Shown here: positions 28,001 through 40,000 of the stretch, piece by piece
Layout: every line of letters begins with the position of its first letter
How positions within the stretch are numbered: position 1 is the stretch's first letter
Origin: Candidatus Omnitrophota bacterium
Lineage (GTDB): Bacteria; Omnitrophota; Gorgyraeia; Tantalellales; Tantalellaceae
Assembly (NCBI GenBank): GCA_015231405.1
Contig: JADGBR010000003.1
Location: forward strand, 29,549-93,548
Direction: 5' to 3'
DNA length: 64,000 nucleotides
The notes under the pieces: generated by a model
Told to the model about the DNA's origin: nothing
Database searches by the model: none
Seen by the model: only the letters and a program-made list of their open reading frames with translations
Translations under genes and position numbers: made by a program

Positions 28001-31000
28001 GTCAGCAGTAACACGGTTGAACTGATGCACAAGGTCAAAGATAGTAAAGGCAGGGAACGCTGGGTGGTAAAAGAACCGTTCAATACCAGTCTCAAACTCC
28101 CGGATGGCGAGCCGCAGCCCGATGAGTCCGTGATATATGAGAAGGATGGGCTACGCTGGAAAAGGGACAAAAAGGGCAATTTATTCATAGAGACAAGGGA
28201 TGAGAAATGGTCCCTGTGTAATGTCGAGGACGCGTCTTTAAGCGCGAACGTTTTAGTCCAGGCCGACAAGGACACCGGAGGTTATATAATATTCGACGCC
28301 GCAAAGGCCAGGGTCGTTATGGCGACAGCCGGCGACGCCGGCGACATCTCCGTCGGGCAGGACATGAAAATAGACATTTTCAAGCGCGAGAAAGAATTCG
28401 GGAATAATATCATACGCCTTATCGGCGATACCGGCCTCGGCAAGGACGAATTGATGAGAGCCGCGGCGAGTCTCATGCACGAGGAGATATATTTCATAGC
28501 CGGCAATTCCGGTATGGAAGTGGATGACTTGACAAGGCATGAGACCATAGGGGGCGGTGAAAGGGGGACTTCGGAAGAGCTTTACACGATATTCAACCGG
28601 GTACTGCATAACGGCGGCTGGGTGGTGATAGACGAGGTCAATAAAGTGCCGAAACCCGTTTTAAGCGCGCTCAAAGCTTCGATCACTAATAAGACGCATC
28701 GGCAGACCATAGACGGCGTCGAGAAAAGCGTCCCGAACCATCCGAGAGCGAGGATATTCGGGACAAGCAACGCGTTCACGCGTGATTTCAGCCATGAGGA
28801 ACCGCCTGACAACGCCGCGCAGAGCAGGTTCAGGGATATACCGTTCGTATGGCGCGACCCGGATTCGGAGAAAGAGCTTCAGAAATATCTGGCCGTCAAG
28901 AAGCTCGATAAAATGGGCCTTAGCGCGGAAGAAAGGGAAAGGCGAGTCAGGATAATAAAAGACGCGGCCAATGTTCTTGTCGATATAGCGTGGCCGATGC
29001 GTCTGGGTTACGCCGGTTACACGGACGAGCAGTCGGCTCCGACCAAGAGCAAAAAAGGTGAAGATCTCAGGAAGGTCTGGGTCGAGCTCATGCAGGAGGA
29101 ACCGAAAGCTACGATAGGCAAAAATACCGTTAAAGCTCCGTCGCCGAGGACGATATTGAACATAATAAACCACGCCGCCATGTTCCCTGAAACGTGGAAA
29201 AATTCGCCTCTTAGCGTCTGTAAGTTGTGGTTCAACCTGGAGGCGGATGTTCTGAAGCCGAAAGTGCGAGAATCGAAACAGAACGGCATTATGACCGAAT
29301 TCATGACCGCTCCCGGGAGAGGAACGAGGGGAGGGATAAAGGATAACGATTTCCAGCCCAAATTGATCTTGGACGCCGATGAGTCTTTCGCGCTCGACAA
29401 GAATAATAAGAATATCCTGATAGTGACCCCGAAAAAAAGCCTGGACGCTTCAGGTCAACTCGCCCAGACATGGGACCCGATAAGGATATGGATACATGAC
29501 GAAGCGAGCCGCAATATGGAGATATCGGGCGTTCCCGAAGACATAAGGTACTGGCTGAGGGCGAAGAACGAAAATAACGCGAAACTGCTGTACCAGGCTT
29601 TGCAGGCGAGGGCGCTCGGTAAAAGCCTTATCTTCGTCGGTGACCAGAGCGCCGGTAAAAGCGTTCTCGCTTTCGCCATAGCCGAGCTTCTGGACGGGAA
29701 GGACATACCATCGGTGGAAGTGAACCTGAACACGGAAAAAGAGGACCTCACTTTTAAACAGCGCATAAGGAATTTCGTGTCGAAGTTTTGCGACAGCCCT
29801 GTGGCCCAGGCTCTACGGGAGAAAAAGACCATGGTGCTTGAAGAGAGCAACCAGGGCGAGCCCAATGTCATGGCGGTACTCAATGAGGTCGCTGAACGTA
29901 TGTTCCTCACACATGTCGACGGGGAACGTGTCGGGGACGAGGGTGACGGGCGAGCCGGGGCGATAAACTGCATAAATACCCCCGGGGAAAAAGGTTTCAA
30001 TGTCAGGCGTTTCAGCCGCGAGTATATAGAGAGGCATGCGGTTCTCCGTTTCGACATGCTGGCCCCGGGCGATATGGCCGATTACCTTTCCTATTCCGCG
30101 GAGCGCGAACATGGAAATGAAAGGCTGAATTCGAAGATCATAGGATGTAAACGGGAAGGCGTGAAGCATGCCGACGGTACTGATAAATGGGACGGGTTCG
30201 CCGGAGTGTATCAGGAGCTTAAATACAGGAAAAATAAAGCCGCTACCGCCGCCGAAAGGCGAAAACTACCGCCGCGCGTGCCGTCGATAAGGGAATTCAA
30301 AAGCCTTATACAGGACATGGTCGAGTATTGGAACAAATGGCGTCTTGACGGGGAAGGCGCCCCGGACCACAAGGTCATTTTCAGGAGGTTCGTTAATAAT
30401 TATTTCGTGATGATAGGGCGGGCTAACGAGCGGTACAAATGGGTGGAAACCATAAAAGAGGCATTTAAGGCGGCCGGGCTTTACCCCGTCGATCCGAACA
30501 ATGAGAATGACGCCGATTATCTCTCAGAGAAATTCCTCGATAAAGAGGGGGTGCTGGTTCAGAAGCTTGGCGTCCTGCGCGAAGAGATCGACACGACCGA
30601 TGACGAACTTAACAACGCCTTGAAATGGATACAGGACGAGGTCATGCCGGCATCGACTTTCCGAAGGCTGGAGTTTATCCAGAAAAGAATGGAGGAGATG
30701 AAAAGCGGTTGGGGTGGCCTTAAGGAGGAAGAGATAAAGGGAAGGCTCCACAATATGCGTGTGGTCTGGCAGATACTGTATCTCGTCAAAAAAGAACGGA
30801 GCGGCAAGGGGCTCGACAGCCACAGGATCGAAAACCTTGAAAAGATGGAGCAGATAATGACCCAGATAATACAGGGACATTTACTATCCCTCGGGATGGA
30901 TCCCGAAAGCTTTTTAATGCCTGCTGGATATAATGACCTTACAAAACCGTATGAGACGCTCGCGGATATGAAAAAGAGGGAATTTATCCCGACCGGAGAA

Positions 31001-34000
31001 GATGTAATAGACCGGGCTTTGAACCTGGTAACCGTCTCTCCCAAAGATGAAACTCTTATAAACAATGTTACCGGTTCGGTGCTTGCCGACTTCTTCGAAG
31101 GGCGATTTATTATCCCTCCCGTGATACCCGGCAATAAACCCGTGATACCCCACGAATACGCCGAGGGCCTGCGCCTTCTATACATAACTTACCTAAATAT
31201 GAAAAAAGCCCAAGAGTGGAACGGTGAAAGCGTTAAGATAAAAGAATATTTGGCTGAGATCGAGAAAGCGTTATCCATGTACCCGCTGAACAGGGAAGAA
31301 GTGGAATTTTATCGGGATATAGTCAATATAGGCGCGCCCGACGCGGCCGGGAAATGGGAAGGGATAAGGCAGGAGATCGCGGAAATAAAGGGCAGGATGT
31401 CTATAAAAGGGTCTAAACCGGATAGGGCGATAGAGGAAGAGGATTCGACGGTCATCAAGGGACTTGTCAGCGCCTTTATCGGCAATAAAGACGACAGGGA
31501 TATCGCCCTTATCTATCGCCACCTGATATCCGCTTATGTGACCCACGAGGGCCGGATACAGGATCTGGCTGAATTGGATAAACGCTTAGCGCGTATACTC
31601 TTTGAGGCCTGGAAAGACGCTCTGGAGGGGCCGACGGTCAAAGTCAAACGCCCGGCCGCCGATAATCAACGGCTTAAAGCAAGGAGAGCGCTCATAGCCG
31701 CCGCGAAACGGCTCGTTGACATCGTTAGATCCGGACATCCGGATGAAGAACCCCTGCTCAATAAACTTTTACGCCGCCTGACATCCAAAACAGCCTTAAA
31801 AGCCATGACATTAGAACCCGTTCACACCGAAACCCGTGCACCCGTGCACTCTGATATACAGCCTACCGCATCGTTATACGAAGTAGTTCCGTGGGATTAC
31901 ATGGATCCCGCCGAGGACGGCGAGCCGTCAGATAAGGTGAACGAGTTACGGGCCATGGCTTACGGCCCGGACGGGGTATTGTATGTACTGGACGAAAGTG
32001 AGTTCAGGGCATTCGATGAGACGATCAGCCTTCCATTTCAGAACGGCCTCGGCAAGAAAAAACTTCCGGAGAAGGCATGCGATATAGCCGTAAGGAGTGA
32101 TGATATTATATTTACTTTAAATGACGATGATGATACCAGCCCTCAGGGATTTACCATCAGGGCATATTATAAAAAAGGCGATGAGGCAACGGGTGCCGTG
32201 TCGGACGATGGAAAAGTCAAGTTGATTAGCTCTACCAATAAGGTCTTGAAAGGAAGACATATAGTAATATTTCAGAATAGAACAATATGTGTATTGCTGA
32301 GGGATGAGAACGCTATAGTCATTACAGATAAGGCCCATTCTCAAGTTATTGACCCCCTGCATCGTACGATGCTTGCCGGGATAAAGAGCGCTGATATAGC
32401 GGCCATGGCTGACGGTGGCGACGGCTGCCTTCTCCTATTGGACAAAAAGAATAAACAGCTTATTAAGGTCCGTCCGGTCACCGGGGCGGATGTCAATTTT
32501 GAGTGGAGTATCCCTCTTGAGGAAAAATACGGCATATCCAACCCCACCGCCATGACACGCACCCCCGACGGCAAGATCATCATCGCGGCGCTGGGCGCCG
32601 ACGGCAAAACCGTGTTTTACAGGCTGAACTCCGACGGCTCGCTCGACAAAGAGAACACAAATAACGGACAGATCATGCTTAAAGCGTCCGTCGGTCCCGT
32701 AAAAGCCATCGCCGCCGACAAAACCGGCAAGATCTCCGCGGGACCCGAGCGCCCAAAAGTGAAAACCATCTGGACTATAAAAGAAACCACAGAACAGGTG
32801 CCCCTAACCCCACAACAACCTGTGCACCCGTTCACCGGTGCACCCGTGCACCCGGAATACGTCTCAACCAAATTCAAACTAAACGACCTCGCAGCCAATG
32901 ACATAAAGGACATGGCCATCGACAGCAAGGGCAATAAGTATATACTCGCGGACGGGAAGCTGTTCTCTTATGACAGGTTCGGGAGGAAGAGGAATGATTT
33001 CAAAGCGCATGGGAGCGTGGTGGACGCAACAATAGGGTTAGCGATAGGCCTGAATGACGATCTTATCTTGATCCTTAACGCGCATAATCAAAGTCTTCAG
33101 GTCATCTCCCCCGACGGAACACCCAAAAAAAATAATACGGAGAATAACGGGTGTATAAAAGTATCTGATGCCGCTGCGACAATCGTGATGAGACCGGGTA
33201 AAGCCGCGGTCGGGCCTGACGGGGCGCTTTATTTTACTCATGCCGGGAATGACCGCCAGTTAGTATTTATTACTCCCATGGAGATGTCTACCGGATGGAT
33301 CAAGGGTCCGGCTTGTCTGGATCTTCCGGCGGATATAGCTGCCACCGATATCGAGAAGATCTCGATATGCGACGATAACTCTATAATTATTTTCGATAAG
33401 AACGGTAAAGCACTCCGCAAATTACGAAGAGAATCCGAACAGGCGTCTCAATTAGTTCCGGTAGACGGGTTCGGCAAAGATAATAACGGCAAGGTCGATC
33501 TCAAGAGCCTCGGAATTCACTGGGCCCAAGATTGTTGCCTGGGCCCGGACGGAGAGATATTTCTCATGGACAGAGATACGGGCGATTCCGGATTCGGGGC
33601 TATCTATGTTTTGAGACCCGACGGGGCATTGAGTGGTAAGGAAAAATCGTCTTCCAAATTACGATACGAGGGTGAACCGATCACTGTTGGGAAGATGGCT
33701 GTGAACGTAAAAGGCGATATCGCCGTGGGCGTGAGCCATCCTGTCGCGGGTATAGTCTTGTCATTGAAAAGGAAAATAAACCCGGTGAAGATCTCCGTTC
33801 CGGCGCCGCAAGGCTTAACTTTTGACAATAAAGGGAACGTTTATGTGATAACGGGCAGGGAGATCCATTCCTTCAGGCCGGATGGCACCCCAAACGGTAA
33901 ATTCGGGAAAAACGGCATTTATTATCATTGGAGCGCTGACGAGGAATTCACGGGGATAACTTTTTGCCGGGAAAGCCGGCGCCTGCTGGTTTCGTTATCG

Positions 34001-37000
34001 AAGCAGGATGTCGTCCATGAAATATCGCTCACAGGGGAACACAAAGGCACTATTACAAATTCTTTCGGAAATAAACTGAATAAGCCAGGGTACCTTACGA
34101 CAGACGGTAAAGGAAAATTATTCGTCGCTAACCTCGGAGATAATAGTATTTCGGTGATTAATATCATCAATAAGACGCCGGATGCTACGGATGGATACGT
34201 TCTGGAAGACAGTGTGTTAAAGCTGAAAGGCGGCATCCAGCTCCATCAAAAAGGCTCAATGACGATCGGCAATGACGGCAATATCGTCGTCGCCGATTAT
34301 GAGACCGGGAAAATAGTCATTATTAACAAAGACGGCACAAAGAACGATGAGTTAGATTGCGGGGGTGAACACAAAGCCATAGTAGCCGGCGTCGACAAAG
34401 ACAGGGTAGTTGTATCAAGTGGTATAGGTGTAGTTTCGGCTGATAAGAAAGGAGGTACCGTGATCAGGCATCCCGGTATAAAAAACCTGGACAACATCGA
34501 TGGTTTCGCCTGGGACGGTTCCGATAGGATAGCGTTCATATCGAGTGAAAACGGACTTCTCATCCTTTCGGAGTATTTTCGGAGAAATAGCGATATGCAT
34601 AAAGATGAATACGATATCGCCAAAATCCCCGGAACCGGCGAAGCGGTCCATTATGTTGAACAGGTGAAAGTCACCGATAGCGAAAGTGCTTTCAGCGGGG
34701 TCGCGTATGACAGTAAGGGGAACGTTTATATACTGGAAGAGAATAGGATCAGGTCATATACTCCGGAAGGCCGGATAAATATGGATTTCCATCCTTCGGG
34801 TGAAATAGTCCTCTCCGGCAAAGCCCGGGGTATCTCTATCGGCCCGGGGGATATGATCTACACCATAGATGGTACAAATGATGTCGAGGGTTGGTCCTTA
34901 AGGTCTTTCAGCGCGTCGCATGCGCTAAGAAAAGAACACAAGATCAAAATATTCCGTACCAAGAAAAAGCCGGTCGTTCAGAGTTTCCATGTTACGCAGG
35001 CCGAGGATGGGACGATGTATGTCGTTTTGGCGGATGCCAATGAAATCGCCATTATCGGGCATGAGGAATTAAAGCGCAGCAGTATCAAACTGAATACCGG
35101 TAATCTCACCATGATCGGTATCGACAGGAACGACATAGGTGGGATAGCCCCGGCGGGTACAGGGTGTCTCTTTGTCCTGGACAAAAAGGAGGCCAGGCTC
35201 TATAAGAAGAGGTTGAAACCCGGAGAGGTTTCCGAGAACGATCCCGATTTCGCGCCTAAAGACCTGAAAGCGATGTACGGTATCGCTTCACCCGTAGCAC
35301 TTACCACATCCCCCGAGGGTAAGATATACATAGCCGCCCGCATGGCTGATGGTACGACCGCACTTTACAGACTTAATAATGACGGCACTCTTGATAAAGA
35401 AGGCACCCGTAACGGCAAGATCGTCCTGGACAAAGAAATCGGAGAGGTAAAAGACCTGGCGGTAGACAGAAAAGGCAATATCTCCGCGGTCCCGCTGGAC
35501 AAAGGAGAGAAGAACTACTGGAAAATAACCAAAACCCCAAAACAGCGGCCCGACATAACACATGACACATTACACATAACACAACCGCCTGTTACGGCGC
35601 CGCCCGTTCCGGAAACGGCGGTCACGCGTATCCTGAACTTTTTATCCGGGCACCTGACGACCGGACCCGAAAACAAGATTGAAGCGGCTGAAGTTGCCGA
35701 TTATAACGCGGTGAAAGACACGGCGCTCAGTCAGAAGTTCAACTGGCCGGTAATGGGTGACGCGGCTTTTGATAGTAAAGGGAACATATACCTTATAACA
35801 AGTTGCCGTATTTTTTCCTTCACCCCGGCGGGTGACGGATGGGTGCCTAATACCGGGTTTTTCGGGACAGGTAGTTATGAGACATCGAGTGATTTCAGTT
35901 TTAAACGTATCAGGATAATAAAACACGGTGAGGAAGAACATATAGTAATAACCAATAGCGTCATTATGGGCGACCAGAAGAATGACGGGGAAATAATAAC
36001 GTTGAGAACTGACGGTACCGAGTTTAGGAGGGGAAAGACCGACGAGCTTCAATTGGACAGGCCTACCCTGATATCCAACGCGACGGGGTCGCCTCTTATA
36101 CAGGTCTATAACGAGAACACTAACAGTGTCACATGCCATAATATGGAGAACATGGCGCCGGACATTTCAATGGGCTCCGATCCGAACAAAGGGCGAATAA
36201 GCCTTAACGATATCGTGACGAAGACCTCTGATCCCAAAACGTCCGACGAAGTGACCGCCATGGCGACCGACAGCGCCGGAAGGCTCTACATAGCGGTACA
36301 TCACAAGTCCTCTGGTGAATATATAATCCACGCGATGAATAAGGACGGCAGCCCTTATACTGGTTTCACGGGTTTCGGAGGCGTGCCGGGACAAGCAAGG
36401 ACAGAATACCGGATAATAAAAATGGAATTCATGGGCGATGGTACATTGTTTCTGGGATTTTCCGTGGGCAAAGAGGAAAAACATGTGCATGCCCTGTGGA
36501 GCCTGAATGGGAGCGGAGACAACAATTTGAAATATTCCTATAGAGGCGGGAACGGATGTGTCGGAGTATCGGGTGAGAAGCTGACGGAACTTTCGAGGAT
36601 GGCTTTCGCCCCGGACGGTCGAATATTCGCTTTCAGTAAGGCTGAGGACTACGCGGCGGTGATCACGCCGGTAAGATCTTCGGAGACAAGAGCCGCAGTT
36701 ATCCCGGGTTATACGGCCGTTGAAAAGGTATGCCAGCCGACGACAGTAAGCGGGCCTACGGTCATCCTGCCGGTAGATGTGGAATGGAACAAGGTAAAAG
36801 ACATGGCGGTGAGTGGCGACGGGAAAATTTATATACTCGAGGAGGAAGGTATCCACTCTTTCAACCGGGACTGGACGCGTAATAAGAGTTTTAACGGTAA
36901 CGGATGGAAAAGGGCCGAGCTAAGCGATAAATTCGTCAGTTTCGCGGTTTTGGAGGGGAAGAACAGGATATATGTGATAGATGAGAATGGCAGCCGTGTT

Positions 37001-40000
37001 TGCTCTTATGATCTTCGTGGGATAAGGCAGGGTGGGGTTGTTTCTCTCGTTAGATACAAAGACGGAATGGGGGATCCTAGATTATTCCATTTCCAGGGAC
37101 CGTCGTTCATTAAGGCCGGGAATAACGGGATCCTATACCTGTATAACAAGACAATAAAGACGCTTATAGCTTACGACCCGGAGACGGAAGAACTTTACAC
37201 GGAGTTCGGTTTGAAAGGACAGGTGCGTTTCAACTTTGGCGCCGGTACCGGCGATATTGATATGACCGCTATGGGTTTTGACAGTAAAGGGAATGTTTTT
37301 GTGGGGGTGTCGGTCGCCGGGCGTCATTACATTGAAGCTCTGAATAATAGAGGTCAAGGGATCGGTATATTCACACCTACACTGGGAGTTGCCGGGAGTG
37401 ACAAATATTGCGAGGTGCCAGCTCCGGTAACCGGCATAAGTTTCACTTATAAAGGCGATGAGATCGTCAATATGACCGTAAGTATGCAGAACGGCGAGGA
37501 TAGTTTAGCCGGGTTTACCCGGGATGAAAAAACAGCCGGAAAGCTGGCGCTTGACCCTAAATATGATCGTAAAGGATTAAAGGGCCATATCCCGTTCGGA
37601 GGCGCTATGCTCGACGGAATATCCGCCATGCACGGCAGACCCGACGGTACGCTTATCGCGATGAGCAAAGGGTCGAAGACGATGGCTGAACTTACACCCG
37701 ACGATGCGGTATTTGCCGGGATAACGGACGAGTCACCTGAGGAAGAACCTGGTGAAAAAGAAAAACTTCTCGCGGATATCAAGCGCCGTATCGAAGAAGG
37801 TAAAGACCGTACTGCGCTAGAGTTATCCCTGCTGAAAAGCCTCGCGGAAAATACGGCAAACGGGAGTTCACCCGAAGACGTATTACAGGCATTGCTGGGA
37901 TCATTGCCTGAAGAAGAAGGTAAGGAGAGGCAAACCCACACCTATACGGACGGTTCGGAAAATGAGCCGGAGGTAATTGACGAGGGTTCGTTGGGAGCGT
38001 TCGTGTCAGAGCTATTCGGCTGGGACAAGGGCGGAGACGCGGACATAGCCATGAGCCCTGACGGAACGATCGTAGAACTCCGTTTTCATAACGGCATGGG
38101 GTCATTGGGCATACACGGTCCTGACGGCGCGGTCGAATGGGTGGACGAGGCGAATGGAAAATTCAAAGAACCCCGGGCGGTAGGCGTAAGCCCGAACGGC
38201 GGATGGTATTTTGTGCTCAATAAAGACGGAAGTGTAAGCGTCCTGGACAATAAAGGCGTTCCTCAGGATGTCGAGGCGCGTCCGGAAAACGGCATTATTA
38301 TTCAGGAAGCCGTCGATATGGCCGTTGTGAATAACGGCAGCCTTGTTATAATAGACAGTACCGGCAGACAGATATTTAATATCTTTTCGACCGCTCCGGG
38401 TAAGATGGAATATTCGGGTGGGGATATTGCCGCAGGCCTAGACCTCCTTTCGGTGGATATCAATAAGAAGACCGATGATATCTATATCCTTACCGAAAAC
38501 AATAAGGTCCTCACGCTTGATAAGTTCAGGAACGATAAAACAGTTCATGGGGACAGCCCTCTTGTGGATGTCTTGGAAATACTGCGCCTAGCCGGAGTGC
38601 CTGGCGAGATCATAAGCACTATCGATCTTAAAAAAATAGCCGTCGACCCCGACGGTAAAATAATGCTATACAGCATATGCGACGCGGAGAGCGAGGACGA
38701 CGCGGAGCCATACGGCCAATTCATTTTCCTCACACCGGACTTTCAACTGGACAGGACCGTTAACGGCACGGGCATAGTTGACGAAAGAGATCTGGGCGTC
38801 CGCGCGGCCGGCGCGATAAGCGCAACCGGTAAAATGTCCTTTCTTGTGGGAGATAATTCATCGAAGGCGATGAAACGGGTTGTGATCAAGGGAAGGCCCA
38901 TTACGAACTATAGCGCGAATCCAATTCCCGAATTTAACGGGATAAAAGCTGTCGATGTATTGATCAATAACGATGGAGGGGTAAGTCTCCTACCCGATGA
39001 CCAGGGGAAGTCATTAGGAGAAGTCGGGGGAAACCTGTTCGTCCTTAACGATAAAAAAATTAAAGTTACGGGGATCCATGATAATGAGCCTGACCTTATG
39101 TTCGGTAACGGCACCGGCACGATCGAGCCTCGGGGATTCGATCTTGATAACCCGGCCGCCATTGCCGTCTTAGGACGCGACCATATATTGATAGCCGATA
39201 ATTTGATGTCCGGCATAGGACCGCGGCCCGTTTATTGCGTCGACAGGAATGGGAATAAGGATGATAGTTTCGGCACAGTAAACCCTGATACCGGCGAAAA
39301 GGGTCAGATATATCTCTCCGATAATATCGTAAAGGCTGCGGTAAACCATCTAAAACGAAAATTCTATGTTCTGACCGTCATTAATACAGTCGAATGCTAC
39401 GATCATAACGGCAAAAAGGATAACGGATACGGGATAGACGGAGTTTTGGACATTAAGAAACAGCTTGGCATGGGAAGCGGCGCGGAAAATCTCGAACTCG
39501 CCGGTGTCACTATCGACCAGAATACCGGTTATATTTACGTCACCGATAAAGGGAACGCGAGGATATACATGTTCGACGAAAATGGCGCCGCCTTTTACCA
39601 TAACGGGAAACCATATTGTATAGACGTATCAGACGGCGCATCGGAACGGAAACCCGAAGGCATTGGCGTTAAAGGCGACGGCAGTATCATCTTCGGCGAT
39701 ACCAAAAACGCCGAGGTGATAAAGCTCGTTCCGGCGGGGTTGACTTCCGGCGTGACCGGAACTCCCGTCTCCGGAAGATCGACGGCTCCGGTGCCGATAC
39801 GTCTCCGGGCCACGAGCCTGGCCGTGACTAAAAATAATGATATTGTCGCGCTGGAATCAGGGAACTCGACCATTAATTTCGTCGACATCGGAGGTAAAGT
39901 TAAAATGGCGGCAGTACCCATACTGAGCCATTTGTCCGCGGCTATGGACGGGGAAGGCGAAAACTTTTTTGTTCTGGAGAAAGATAAGACGGATGCGACT

